From: a virus
IMG/VR virus record: IMGVR_UViG_3300003691_000002
Coordinates: 24,691 to 88,690 of that record
Length of the DNA stretch: 64,000 nucleotides
Direction: 5' to 3' (one strand)
The position numbers and the translations under genes are program-made. Of the stretch, positions 1 to 11,190 are shown piece after piece. Within the stretch, counting starts at the first letter, position 1. Every line of letters starts with the position of its first letter. The notes below the pieces were generated by a model. That model saw only the letters and a program-made list of their open reading frames with translations, searched no databases and was not told the DNA's origin.

Positions 1-2
1 TT

Positions 3-3000
3 GAAAAGTTAAAAGATTCTTTTATGGAGGTACTTGCTTCTGTAGGAGTTACTATAACTAGGCAAAATTTAGACTTTTTATTAGAGACTCACAAAAAATT
101 TGATGATCCAGGAGAAGCTCTTGCTTTTATGGCTACTCAAGCAGTAAGGGCTGTAAAAGAAATTGGTAAAACAAGTCCTGGAGCAGAAGTGCTTAGAAAT
201 TCAGCTTTTGTAAATTTAGCTTCTGGAGAAGCTTTCTTTTTTGATAAAGGCTCAGATGCTTCTTTCTTTTCTGTTGGTAAAAGTAGATGGTTATATTCTT
301 TATATTCCCACCTAGAGAAAATATTTATAGAATGGAAAAATAATCCTGAAGCATTAAGGTCTCATTTTAATAGTTCAGCCTGGACTAAAGGTAGTTTTTA
401 TGCTAAAAAATTATTAGCTCTTGATTTAGAAGATGATGTAACAGATGAAGAAAGATTAGAGTTAATGCAACAAAGACTTGAAGATTTAGATGTCTTTGTA
501 TTTAACTCTTTTCAAACAGATAGAGCAGCTAAAGAGGCAGTAGATAATAAAAGTATTGAGTATATAGATAGGATAACTGACTATATCAATAAAATGCTTA
601 ACCATCATAAGAATGGTAAAACTTTTCATAACACTGCTTTAGCAGGAGATAAAAATAACCAATATCAAATAGTTTGGGGTGATTGGGTTCATCAAGAAAC
701 TAATGCTGAAAAAGGTACAGACGGTAAATTAATAATTAACGAGGATGTTAAAGATATTTTCTGGAATTATTTTAAAGCAGAATATTATCGTATAGAAGAA
801 GCACATCAAAGACTAGAAAATCAGGAAGAGCCTATTGTTAATTATGATCAAAAAGCCCTAGAGATGAGCTTATTTCCATCTCTTTCACCTGTTCAAAATG
901 GTAAAAATGTAGCCAAGCCAAAAGGTCTTAGTAAGCCTATTTATTATAAAGGGCGTCCTATATATAAAGACATAGAATCTAGAAAAGCAGATATTATGCC
1001 TTTAATCGTAGAGGCATTACATACTAAAATAAAAGAAACTTATAAAATATTAGAAGACGCAGGAGTTTTATATTATACATATCAAGGATTTAGAAAGCTT
1101 AGAAATGTAGATTTTGATATTTTAAGAAGTTATATTCCTACAGATAATTTACAAAGACCTGTTAGACCTCTTTCTGAAAAAGCAAAAGATACAAGAAGAG
1201 CTAATATTGAAAATGGTTTATTTAGTTTAATATCAGATGTTACTGTAAACAGTTTAATTTCTCAAATAGAGTACTCTATGCTTATAGCTGGGGATGTAGC
1301 TTTTTACAAAAACTTTAATGATTACAAAAAAAGAATACAGCAAACATATACAGACGGACAGTATTTAAATAGATTGTCCTCAGATGAAGTTTATTTTAAT
1401 ATTGCCGTAATTAATAGTGTAAAAGTTCCAGCTGTTAATTTAGACCTTATTAAAAAACATATAGATGATCCTTCAATTATAGACGCATATTCTAATGTAA
1501 ATAATGCTGATGGACAGGCTTGGATTACTCCTCAAAGGTGGAAATTTATTATGGATAAATTAGGTAAATCAGGACCTATTTTAGATTCTACCTATAAAAA
1601 AATGTTTGAAAGAGAACCTGTATTTACTTTAGAAGAATTAAAATTACTAGCACAGCCTTTAAAGGGTGTATATTTTAGTAATAGAAATGGGCATCCTATA
1701 TATTTAAAGTATTCTCAAGCTGTTATATTGCCTAATCTTATGCGCAATACTCCTATAGAAAAGTTGTATAAGAAAATGGTAGAAGATGAAAATGGCAATG
1801 AATTGCCTTTTAATGAACAAACTCACGAGCTTGTTACTTTGGATGGTATTAAAGTAGGCGCAATAGCTCCTACAACAGTACATAAAGCAGATGGCTCTAT
1901 AGCAGAGGATATTCAACTAAATCAAATGCAGCTTGAAAATTATTATTGGAAGCTGCAACAAGACCTTCCCACAAAAGGAATTAAACCTAGGGATTTAGGT
2001 AGCCAAATACAAAAAAATGTATTTCAAGGAATTGCTTTCTTTCCTGTGGAAGAAAGGTTTGATCTTGGTGGGAAAGAGCTTGATAAAAATGAAATGATTA
2101 AACATCTACATAATATATTTGGCGTAATGTCAAATAGATCGATGTTAGATTTAGTACAAAGTTTGGGAATTAATTCTAAAGGGGAGATTAAAAATGTAGA
2201 TGCTCTTTATAGAAATATTATTCAACAACTAAGTAAAAGAGATACCCCTAATCAAGTAATGATTGAAGCATTACAATATGGAGTTTCTCCTTTTGGTATA
2301 CCTGGAAGTTATGAACTATTTCAAAATGTCTTTAGTAAGATATGGAATGATAACACTATAAAAATTAAAACAAATGGTGCAGGGTATATTCAAATGTCTG
2401 ATTTTGGACTTAGTTATGATGAGGCTAAAAGGAAAAAAGGAATAAGATTTACTCCTTGGTTTGATAAAGAGGCTGGAAAACTTTCACCCCCTGTAATTGG
2501 GATTAATCCTGTTACAGGAAAAGAAGTGATTAAGCCTGCTGGCATATTTCTATCTGGTTCTTTTATTGCAAAACATATACCTGATTACAGAAAATTTACA
2601 GATGAACAACTTTTTGGTAAATATGATGCAGAAACTGGAGAATTATTAGAACGAGGCAAAATAGATGAAAGGATATTAAAGAATATTGTGCACTATCGTA
2701 TCCCTAATCAAGGGTTTTCTTCTAATGACCCTGTTACTGTAATGGGTATACTCCCAGATGAGATAGGAGATACTGTAGTTGTTTATACAGGTATTACTAC
2801 TAAAACAGGTTCTGACTTTGATATTGATAAAGGATATTTAATGATGCCTGCTTATAAAGCAGATTATCCTGAAGGAATAAAAGTAGAAGTTAGAAAATAT
2901 ATAGAATATCAAAACTGGACTTATGAGGATGTTATAAATGAATTATATAATTTACAAGTATTACCTAAAAATAATAAAAAATTAAATTATAATATTTTAA

Positions 3001-6000
3001 TTGATTTTATTATCAATGACCCTACTTATGAACACTACGATGAATTTAGAAGTGTTTTAGAAATTCAAAAATTACAAAGAAAAACAGCTAAAAAATTAAT
3101 TTATATTGAACCTGATCACAATGCTCCACTGGAAACACAAACTATGGAGCAATTACAAAATCATTTATTAGAAGCTTATATATCAGTTTTTACAAATAAA
3201 AACAACTATAAGTTGTTAATGAATCCTATTGATTCTTCTGTTATTGAAAATGATATTAAATCATTTTTAGATGTACCAGAAACTTCTGATCTTTCTGGCT
3301 TCTCTGGTATAGAAGATTTGGAATTGAAAAATAAATTAATGACAGGAAAAGCAGGATTAGGACAAGCTGTTAACTATACTGTTGATTATGGTAGGGGCTC
3401 TATGGCTAATTTATCTATGTTAGATGCCACTTTCCCTATGGGAAGAGATACATTAGATAGGCAAAGTAGTTTAGAATTAACTGATGAAGATTTAAAATTC
3501 TATGTAAAAGAGTTTAATTCTAAGATGCCTAAAGAATTACATATAACTTATGAATTTGCACAGGAAAATCTAAGAGATATAGAGATTGCAACTTCTTTTA
3601 TGACTATCATTAACGGGTTTGTAGATGTTGCTAAAGATGATTATTTAGTACAAGGTAATTGGAATTTAGCTACTAATGCTGTAGGTCTTAGTATGCTTAG
3701 AGCAGGAACACATCCTTTTATTATTACCAGGTTTTTATATCAACCTATAGTAAGAGAATATGTTAATTTCTTAGAAAGAGTTAATTCTCAAACTTTAAAA
3801 AGAGAAGGTAGTAGAATTAAATTATTTAAGCTAGAAAAAATACTAGACGAATTTAAAGAAAACAGTAATCTTACTTTAAATGGTAATACTATAAATGTAT
3901 ATCAGTTAATGAAAAGGCATTTAGGGTATTCTGATGTACAATTTTTAAATAAAAAACGTATTGAAAAAAGTGAAGAAAGTATTGAAAATACTTATGAGAG
4001 ATTATATGAAGAATTGCACGAAGCCTTTGATTTAGGTGCAGAAGATCAATATGAAGAAATACAAGAGATAGCTGAAAAAGCTAGAGACCTTTTATATTCT
4101 TATTTTTTAAGTCCTCAAACATCAGGTGTAAGTTACTTTTCATTAAAACATTTAACTAATCAAATTAAAAACCCTACTCTAGCAGGGCAAAAAGGTTACT
4201 TAGAATATTTTGAAGACACAAGAAAATTAGGTAGGAATTTAAATAAAGTAGTACAGGCAAATAAAACAGACGTAGAGGGTAAAGGTAAAAATGCTACGAG
4301 TAATTTAATTAAATTAAATATTATAAATAAGTTATTAACTTATATTGAAGAAGAAGAAGTTGCTGGTTATGAAACAATGCTTTTTTATGATGGTAAAATG
4401 ACATCTGTTGCACACGCTATTAATAATAGTCTTAGTGAGCCTTTAAAAATAATGTTAAATAACCCTACATTATTTCCTACAGTTAATAGCTCTGCTATTA
4501 AAACTTTTAATTATATTTCAAGAAGACTTAGTAAATTTAAATTAGACAATCAAGATTTAGGAGATACTCTTGAAAGAAATTATTATTCTTATTTAATGTC
4601 TGGTTTTGGTCCTTTTCAATTAAATACAGAGCAAAGGAAACAACTGTTGCTTAATATGCCTGATAGGGTAAGAGCTATGCAAATTTTATACCCTGAAAAT
4701 GCTTTGTTAGAAGAGCTAGTGTTGATTACAAGTGAAGATACTGGAATTACTTATATAAATTCTACTATTAGTAAAAAAACTCCTGATAGAATAAAAGAAA
4801 TGGTTTCTGCATGGGAAGATCTTTTAGAAGAAGAGGCATTTTTTGCAGAAGATTTAATTAAATATTCTTATATACATTCAGGATTTAACAGAAGGATAAA
4901 TTCATTTCATGAGTATATCCCTCCAAAATGGTTTAATTTAAATAGATTAAATTCTTATCTTTACCAGTTAGATAAAGATCTTCCTGATGTTGTTGATATA
5001 AATTTTGTAGATCAGTTCTTTAGAAATAATATAAATATTTCTTTTGGAAGTGTAACATTATGGCCTGGTAACTCTACTTATGACTATACTATAGACAAAT
5101 CAGGAAAATTAGTTAGGTTAGGCCCTGTAATTGAAGACAAATCAGAAGCTAAATACTTAGCAAAAAGAACTATACGTTCTAGCAATCCTAATATTCCTGA
5201 TAGAGATGTTTATTATAAATTAATAGGTATTAAAAGTACTAAAGCGGGGCTTAGAGGTATTTATGTTATTACTTCTCCTTTAGGTCTTATAGATGGTAGA
5301 AATAGATTTACAGAATATAATATATTAAATAAAAACAATGTTGCTTATAATTTTTCTATGTTTGATGCAATTAATGAGCAGAGTTTTAAAAAGATTGATT
5401 TAATGAGTATTGTTAATACTATTGAAAATAATTCAAAAGATATTACAAATTTAGATAAAGATGTATTCTTAGACACTCCTGTAGTTGATGAAGAATTTAT
5501 GGCTGGTGGGTTTAGAACAGAAGAGTTACAAAGTAGTGATATAGAAAATGAGCAGCCTCCTACAAGAGTAGAGGTTAATAAAATTATATCTGGAGGACAA
5601 ACTGGGATAGATAGATTAGGATTAGAAATAGGACAAGAGCTGGGGATATTAACAGGAGGAACTGCTGCTCCAGGTTTTGTTACTGAGGAAGGTAAAGATG
5701 ATTCTTTAGCTGATTTTGGTGTTGAAGAAATATCAGAAGATTTACAGCAAGGTAAAAAAGGCAGACAATTTTATTTACCTAGAACAGAGCAAAATGTCAT
5801 TAATTCTGATGGTACTGTATATTTTAGTGAAAATAAAAGTTCAGCTGGACTTAGAGCAACTAAAAATTTTGCAGATGGTTATGATAAACCTTTTATTTTA
5901 AATCCTACAGCAACAGAATTAAGAGAATGGATAGACAAAAATAATATACAAGTAATAAATGTTGCTGGTAATAGAAGCAGTAAAATGTCAGAGGAGTTTG

Positions 6001-6086
6001 TAGAAATAGTAAGAGAAACTATGATAGAAGCATTAACTCCTCAAGAGCTTTCTACAAAAGAGGGTGATAACTTTGATTTTTGTTAA
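3..6086 (+). CDS. Virion-packaged two-barrel DNA-dependent RNA polymerase (crAss-like, phi14:2 gp66-type), 5'-truncated by the window; C-terminal SLOG-like domain
   Basis: Frame is open from position 3, >2020 aa. Catalytic loop GSDFDIDK (DFDID at 2814-2828) is preceded by YRIPNQG. C-terminal IISGGQTGID...RTEQNVINSDGT...INVAGNR domain. Confidence 0.9.
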   Translation, partial: EKLKDSFMEVLASVGVTITRQNLDFLLETHKKFDDPGEALAFMATQAVRAVKEIGKTSPGAEVLRNSAFVNLASGEAFFFDKGSDASFFSVGKSRWLYSLYSHLEKIFIEWKNNPEALRSHFNSSAWTKGSFYAKKLLALDLEDDVTDEERLELMQQRLEDLDVFVFNSFQTDRAAKEAVDNKSIEYIDRITDYINKMLNHHKNGKTFHNTALAGDKNNQYQIVWGDWVHQETNAEKGTDGKLIINEDVKDIFWNYFKAEYYRIEEAHQRLENQEEPIVNYDQKALEMSLFPSLSPVQNGKNVAKPKGLSKPIYYKGRPIYKDIESRKADIMPLIVEALHTKIKETYKILEDAGVLYYTYQGFRKLRNVDFDILRSYIPTDNLQRPVRPLSEKAKDTRRANIENGLFSLISDVTVNSLISQIEYSMLIAGDVAFYKNFNDYKKRIQQTYTDGQYLNRLSSDEVYFNIAVINSVKVPAVNLDLIKKHIDDPSIIDAYSNVNNADGQAWITPQRWKFIMDKLGKSGPILDSTYKKMFEREPVFTLEELKLLAQPLKGVYFSNRNGHPIYLKYSQAVILPNLMRNTPIEKLYKKMVEDENGNELPFNEQTHELVTLDGIKVGAIAPTTVHKADGSIAEDIQLNQMQLENYYWKLQQDLPTKGIKPRDLGSQIQKNVFQGIAFFPVEERFDLGGKELDKNEMIKHLHNIFGVMSNRSMLDLVQSLGINSKGEIKNVDALYRNIIQQLSKRDTPNQVMIEALQYGVSPFGIPGSYELFQNVFSKIWNDNTIKIKTNGAGYIQMSDFGLSYDEAKRKKGIRFTPWFDKEAGKLSPPVIGINPVTGKEVIKPAGIFLSGSFIAKHIPDYRKFTDEQLFGKYDAETGELLERGKIDERILKNIVHYRIPNQGFSSNDPVTVMGILPDEIGDTVVVYTGITTKTGSDFDIDKGYLMMPAYKADYPEGIKVEVRKYIEYQNWTYEDVINELYNLQVLPKNNKKLNYNILIDFIINDPTYEHYDEFRSVLEIQKLQRKTAKKLIYIEPDHNAPLETQTMEQLQNHLLEAYISVFTNKNNYKLLMNPIDSSVIENDIKSFLDVPETSDLSGFSGIEDLELKNKLMTGKAGLGQAVNYTVDYGRGSMANLSMLDATFPMGRDTLDRQSSLELTDEDLKFYVKEFNSKMPKELHITYEFAQENLRDIEIATSFMTIINGFVDVAKDDYLVQGNWNLATNAVGLSMLRAGTHPFIITRFLYQPIVREYVNFLERVNSQTLKREGSRIKLFKLEKILDEFKENSNLTLNGNTINVYQLMKRHLGYSDVQFLNKKRIEKSEESIENTYERLYEELHEAFDLGAEDQYEEIQEIAEKARDLLYSYFLSPQTSGVSYFSLKHLTNQIKNPTLAGQKGYLEYFEDTRKLGRNLNKVVQANKTDVEGKGKNATSNLIKLNIINKLLTYIEEEEVAGYETMLFYDGKMTSVAHAINNSLSEPLKIMLNNPTLFPTVNSSAIKTFNYISRRLSKFKLDNQDLGDTLERNYYSYLMSGFGPFQLNTEQRKQLLLNMPDRVRAMQILYPENALLEELVLITSEDTGITYINSTISKKTPDRIKEMVSAWEDLLEEEAFFAEDLIKYSYIHSGFNRRINSFHEYIPPKWFNLNRLNSYLYQLDKDLPDVVDINFVDQFFRNNINISFGSVTLWPGNSTYDYTIDKSGKLVRLGPVIEDKSEAKYLAKRTIRSSNPNIPDRDVYYKLIGIKSTKAGLRGIYVITSPLGLIDGRNRFTEYNILNKNNVAYNFSMFDAINEQSFKKIDLMSIVNTIENNSKDITNLDKDVFLDTPVVDEEFMAGGFRTEELQSSDIENEQPPTRVEVNKIISGGQTGIDRLGLEIGQELGILTGGTAAPGFVTEEGKDDSLADFGVEEISEDLQQGKKGRQFYLPRTEQNVINSDGTVYFSENKSSAGLRATKNFADGYDKPFILNPTATELREWIDKNNIQVINVAGNRSSKMSEEFVEIVRETMIEALTPQELSTKEGDNFDFC

Positions 6087-9000
6087 TTATGAAGTGTGCA
6101 GTACAATTTAAAACAAAAGAGTTTTTACAAGACAATAATTTAATTGACTCTAATAATAATGTATTAAACTTAGAGGAATTTAAAAAAGCAGCAAGAACTC
6201 TTGATAATTTAGCTTTTTCTAAGTATTCAGTAGATACCTTAGACAATAGTTTATTTTCATTAAGGAATGAGGCTGATGGGATAAAGGTAGAGTATAATGA
6301 AAATATGTTTAATATTTTGCAAAATGCAGAAGCGGAATATTATACAGAATCTTTTCAATCTTTACTTGAAAAATATAAGCAAAAAGTTAACTCGTTACGT
6401 GTTAATAATAACTATGTTGAAGGTGATTTAGTAAGCGCTTTAGAGGATATAGAATTTACAGAAGTAACTGCAAGTACTACTTTATTTAATACGGAAAGAC
6501 CTTCTAATGCTAATGAGGCTATAAAAAGAATTTTAGAAGAAGATTTAGATGGGGAAGTTAGGGAACTTTTAGAGCAAATAGTAAGGAAATTTCCTGAGCT
6601 TAAAACTAAAATTCAATATGTTAGTGCTAAAGCTTTACTTGCTAAAACAAATGAGCCTGCTAATGTGATGGTCTATGACAGAATAAATAATGTTATATAC
6701 GTTAGCCCTGAACTAATTAAAGAAAGAGGTTACTCTGCTAGTTACATAAGTAACACATTTGTACATGAGGTAATGCACTCTGTTACTCTAAAGGCTTTAT
6801 TAGACCCTACAACCATAGAGCAAGAGCTTTTCTCAGAGCAAGTGGCACTGGAGTATACCAGACTAAAAGAAAAGGCGTCAGAAGAGCTTAAAAACAGTAA
6901 AGGATTTGCCAATAAAGAGGAGTTTGTAGCAGAAATGTTCTCTAATCCTGATTTTAGACAGGAAGTGAATAGATTAGACAAGAATTTTTTCGATATGCTT
7001 ATTAACTTAATAAGACGCATATTTGGATTCAAAAAAAATAATGTTTATAATAGGTTAATTAAATCAGGAGTAAGAGGATTTTCTCAAGAAAATATTAATA
7101 ATGAAAATGCTCCAGTTTATTATCTTAAAACAGATGAAAATTTTAAAGTAGATAATACTACTTTTGATAAAAGACTTGCTAATACTATAAAGAAAATCAA
7201 TAATTCTATTGATCAAAATATAAAACAAATTAAAGGTAAATTAGAATATCGTAAAGAAACTAATTATAATACAGAAGTATTAGATGAAATACTTTTAACA
7301 CTTCAAGCAATAGAAAATGATATTCAAACTACTATTCCTTTAGAGCAAATTAAAGCAATTAATGATTTTGTAAAATTAATTCAAAGATCTTTAAATACTT
7401 TAAATGCAGGACTTGCAAGAAGAGACCCTGAAAATTTAGAATACACTCGTAATCTTATTCAAAATTATACTGATATTATTTCTTATTATGAGGTTATAGA
7501 AGAAATTAAAGATATTGTTGTTGATTTAGAAACTTCTCGTCCAGAAAATATTTCCGAAGAAGATATAAAGAAGATAGCTGGAGCTACTAATTATACTTTA
7601 GGATTATTTTATAATGTACAAGGACAGCTGCATTCGTTAATTAAAGAACATATGTTTGATACTTTAAATGATATTAAATATCATAAAGAAGTAGAGAATA
7701 AACATTATCAAAGATTAAAACAAGAACATAAAGATGCTAATCTTATAGGAGATAGGGAACAGTGGATTATACAAATGATGTCTACTCGTGATAAAGAAAG
7801 AATAGATGAAGATGTTAAAATAGCTACTGAAGAATTAATTGCTAATCCTGTATTTGATATTAGTTCTTTTACTCTTAAATTTGTTTCTAGTGTTAATGTA
7901 GGTTCTAAATTTGTTCAAATATTAGAACATATGTTAAATGAAATATACACAGAAAGAAATAGTGAAAGAGAAAAAGCAGATCAAGAATTTCAAGATATTT
8001 TTACAGAAGCAGTTCAAACTAAAGGAACAAATAATATTAAAAAACTTTATAGTAATCTATATGAACAAACTGCTGATGGAACTTATTATTTAAAAGGAGA
8101 ATATTCTGTTAAATTTTTAGATGAGGTAATAGGTAAAATCAATACTGTTAGAGAAAAATATGATGAGCAAATTGAAGAACTTCAATTAACTTACTTAGGT
8201 ACAGACCCTGATAGTGATTTTTATCAAGCTCAAAATGATAAGGTAAGAGCTTTAGTTGAAAAAAGAAATACAGAAATAAAAGCTATTGAAGATGCTAATT
8301 ATGATTATGGCGCTGAAAATGAAAAAATAATTAAAGATAAATGGAAAAATGATTTATCTTCTTTATCTGAAATAGATAAAAAACTTTTAAGTTTCTTTAC
8401 TAAATCTTCAGAAGATATTCGTAAGCTTTCATATTCTGCTCCTATAATGATGAGCAATATTAAATATTATGGGAATGGAAAATTTTACACTTTACCTAAA
8501 ATTTCTAAATCTGATACAGAAAGATTAATTGTAGATAAAAATGCAGTAGGTTATGTAAAAGATAAATTTGCAGATAGAAATGTAAGAGTTGATGACGTAG
8601 GGTATGTAGAAGAAATGTCTACAGTTGCAGGTAAAAAGATTTTACAGAAAAAATTGTGGTATAGAGACCCTGTTGGAGTATTTGATTCTAAAAATCAATC
8701 TTTAGATTTAATGACGATATTCCGTTTAGATTATATAAACGCTCTTAATTATAATATAAGACATCAACATGAAGATAAATTAAATTATTTATTAGAAATA
8801 GCTTCTGCAAAAGAAAAGTTTTATAAAAAGAAAGGAAATTTATTAGTAGTCAATCCTAAATTAGAGCAAGCAAAAGTAATTGATGGTGAACAATCTAATA
8901 CTGCTGCTTTAATGAAACATATGATGGAAACTAGATTTTATGATGTAATGGCTAAAACAGGTACTACTTTTTTAGGAATGGAAGCGCATAAAATAGTCGA

Positions 9001-10342
9001 TATGCTTAATAGTACATCTGCACTACTTACTTTGTCTTTAAATTTTGCTTCAGGAACTGCTAACGTAATAAATGCTAATGGGCAATTATTTATAGAAAGT
9101 TTTGCAAAGGGTTATCATATAACAGCAAAAGACATAGCTAAAGCTAATGCTTTATATGGTAATAATTTACCTGAAATATTGAAAGATACTACAAGACCTG
9201 TAAATAGGTCTTTAGTTAATCAGATTCATGAATACTTTGATACTCAAGGATTAAGAAATATGTCTAATGTTAATTTTATTATAACAGACATGCTTAAACT
9301 TGGTATGAATAAAGAAGCTTTAAGAGTATTTCAAGAGTCTGGAGAACATTGGATTCAATCTACTGTAGCTTTAAGTATTTTAAATAATATTAAAGTTTTA
9401 AATGAGAATAGTCAATTTATTGATAAAGATGGTAAAGTAGTAAAATCTAAAGACAAAGCAGCATCTGTTTTAGATATGATGTCTGTAGATAAAACTACTG
9501 GTGCTTTACAAATAAGTGATAAATTTACTTATACTACTCATTCTAAATTAACTAAATGGAATGAAGGAGGTAAAGAAAATGTAACTAGTTTAATCCATAA
9601 AAAATTAGACGATATAATTGGTAACTACAGACAGACTCATCAGCCAGAAGTAATGAAACATTGGCTAGGAAAACTTGTATTATTATATCGCAAGTTTTTA
9701 GTACCAATGGCTATTTATAGAGGTAAAGGATTAAATACTGTAGGAATAAGAAAAGAAAACTTACAAGAAAAAGATAGACCTTTTAATTATGCCTTACAAG
9801 AATATGATGAAGGTTATTATACTACATTTTTTAGATATGTTTTAGATTCAATTAAAAGAAGAAAATTCTATTTACTTTCTAAAGGGGAAGTTTGGAAAAA
9901 TCTTACTGATTTTGAAAAACATAACATAAAAAAGTTTGTAGTAGAAACAGTTATGATATATGGTATGCTTCCTTTACTTGTAGAGTTTGCTGCAGCTTCT
10001 GCTAAAGCAGATACTTCTCAAGATGATGAAGAATACTTATTCTTTTTAATATATCAAATTCGTAGATTAAGAACAGAATTAGCACAATACAGAAGTTATA
10101 ATGAAGCTTTTAAAATGTTAAGATCCCCTATTCCTTCTGCACGTTTGTTTGAAACTACTTTAGATATATTTACTACATCACTTAATCCTACTAAATGGGG
10201 AGAAGTATATGAAAATGGACATAATAAAGGTAAAAATAAAATTATTACTAAAACTATGAAACAAATTCCAGTAGCTAAAGAATTCTATAGAACTTATAAA
10301 GATTTATTTGAATTTCAAAATAGTTATTTTGGTAATAGATAA
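6080..10342 (+). CDS. Large virion cargo/ejection protein with zincin-like metallopeptidase motif
   Basis: 1420 aa. FVHEVMH (HExxH, 6764-6778) followed by EEFVAE. Directly follows the vRNAP, as in the crAss cargo-protein triad. Confidence 0.7.
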   Translation: MLIMKCAVQFKTKEFLQDNNLIDSNNNVLNLEEFKKAARTLDNLAFSKYSVDTLDNSLFSLRNEADGIKVEYNENMFNILQNAEAEYYTESFQSLLEKYKQKVNSLRVNNNYVEGDLVSALEDIEFTEVTASTTLFNTERPSNANEAIKRILEEDLDGEVRELLEQIVRKFPELKTKIQYVSAKALLAKTNEPANVMVYDRINNVIYVSPELIKERGYSASYISNTFVHEVMHSVTLKALLDPTTIEQELFSEQVALEYTRLKEKASEELKNSKGFANKEEFVAEMFSNPDFRQEVNRLDKNFFDMLINLIRRIFGFKKNNVYNRLIKSGVRGFSQENINNENAPVYYLKTDENFKVDNTTFDKRLANTIKKINNSIDQNIKQIKGKLEYRKETNYNTEVLDEILLTLQAIENDIQTTIPLEQIKAINDFVKLIQRSLNTLNAGLARRDPENLEYTRNLIQNYTDIISYYEVIEEIKDIVVDLETSRPENISEEDIKKIAGATNYTLGLFYNVQGQLHSLIKEHMFDTLNDIKYHKEVENKHYQRLKQEHKDANLIGDREQWIIQMMSTRDKERIDEDVKIATEELIANPVFDISSFTLKFVSSVNVGSKFVQILEHMLNEIYTERNSEREKADQEFQDIFTEAVQTKGTNNIKKLYSNLYEQTADGTYYLKGEYSVKFLDEVIGKINTVREKYDEQIEELQLTYLGTDPDSDFYQAQNDKVRALVEKRNTEIKAIEDANYDYGAENEKIIKDKWKNDLSSLSEIDKKLLSFFTKSSEDIRKLSYSAPIMMSNIKYYGNGKFYTLPKISKSDTERLIVDKNAVGYVKDKFADRNVRVDDVGYVEEMSTVAGKKILQKKLWYRDPVGVFDSKNQSLDLMTIFRLDYINALNYNIRHQHEDKLNYLLEIASAKEKFYKKKGNLLVVNPKLEQAKVIDGEQSNTAALMKHMMETRFYDVMAKTGTTFLGMEAHKIVDMLNSTSALLTLSLNFASGTANVINANGQLFIESFAKGYHITAKDIAKANALYGNNLPEILKDTTRPVNRSLVNQIHEYFDTQGLRNMSNVNFIITDMLKLGMNKEALRVFQESGEHWIQSTVALSILNNIKVLNENSQFIDKDGKVVKSKDKAASVLDMMSVDKTTGALQISDKFTYTTHSKLTKWNEGGKENVTSLIHKKLDDIIGNYRQTHQPEVMKHWLGKLVLLYRKFLVPMAIYRGKGLNTVGIRKENLQEKDRPFNYALQEYDEGYYTTFFRYVLDSIKRRKFYLLSKGEVWKNLTDFEKHNIKKFVVETVMIYGMLPLLVEFAAASAKADTSQDDEEYLFFLIYQIRRLRTELAQYRSYNEAFKMLRSPIPSARLFETTLDIFTTSLNPTKWGEVYENGHNKGKNKIITKTMKQIPVAKEFYRTYKDLFEFQNSYFGNR

Positions 10343-10365
10343 ATAATTTAATTTTTTAATTAATA

Positions 10366-10403
10366 AAAAAAGAGCATCTTTATAAATTAAAGATGCTCTT
10401 TTT
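10366..10403. terminator. Bidirectional intrinsic terminator between the convergent late and early blocks
   Basis: Perfect inverted repeat AAAAAGAGCATCTTTA / TAAAGATGCTCTTTTT with A/T tracts on both sides, between convergent stop codons. Confidence 0.85.
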
Positions 10404-10434
10404 AGTAAAACAAATGGTTATTTAATAATTATGT

Positions 10435-11187
10435 TTATTTTTTTATTCTTAAATTTGATAAATCATACATAGTGAGTTCTATATTATCTAAACGATTAAA
10501 TTGTTTTACTAATTTATCAAATGTTCTTTTATGATTAACTTTTAAAAATTTTAATGCTTGCTTAAAAGTAATTGATTCAGTTATTATTTTTCTTTCTCTT
10601 ATATATCTTTTTGCTTTTGTTTTGTAATCAACTTTATCCATATGTTTTAAAAATATATTCTGTTTTATTAACTTTTCTAAATCTTTTTCTGTTTTTTGTG
10701 TATTAATAAAACACCTAGTAAAAATATGTTCATTTTTACTTATATCTTTTAAATCTTTTTCTTTAAAATAAGTACGATTTAATTTTAATAAATACATCCG
10801 CATATCACTTTGATTAGAACTAGTATACTTTTTACTAAATACTATTTCTATAAAAGGAAAATATGTTTTAAAAAGTTTTTTTACTTTGTCATAAGACCAT
10901 TCTTTTTCATTAATATCTATTACCCATAATGGTTTCATCATCATATAAACTTTAAAAAAAATAATATAGACAATATTTTTTTTTATTTCTTCTTGATTTT
11001 TAAATTCAAAATGTCTATTGACACTATAAAAAATAGAATCTATATTACTTATAGAGCCTACTTGACAATTACCAGTAATATTATAATTTAATTTTGATCT
11101 ATAAGTTCCAAATACATTATCAAAAGATATTTTTACAGTGTGATCTGTTGAAGAATCTGATTCTGTAAATTCAATAAATGCTTTCAT
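10435..11187 (-). CDS. Hypothetical protein
   Basis: 250-aa ORF in the operon. NCQVGSISNI...YTSSNQSDMRMY pattern weakly resembles ORF 32693-33439. Confidence 0.7.
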   Translation of the reverse strand: MKAFIEFTESDSSTDHTVKISFDNVFGTYRSKLNYNITGNCQVGSISNIDSIFYSVNRHFEFKNQEEIKKNIVYIIFFKVYMMMKPLWVIDINEKEWSYDKVKKLFKTYFPFIEIVFSKKYTSSNQSDMRMYLLKLNRTYFKEKDLKDISKNEHIFTRCFINTQKTEKDLEKLIKQNIFLKHMDKVDYKTKAKRYIRERKIITESITFKQALKFLKVNHKRTFDKLVKQFNRLDNIELTMYDLSNLRIKK

Positions 11188-11190
11188 TTT

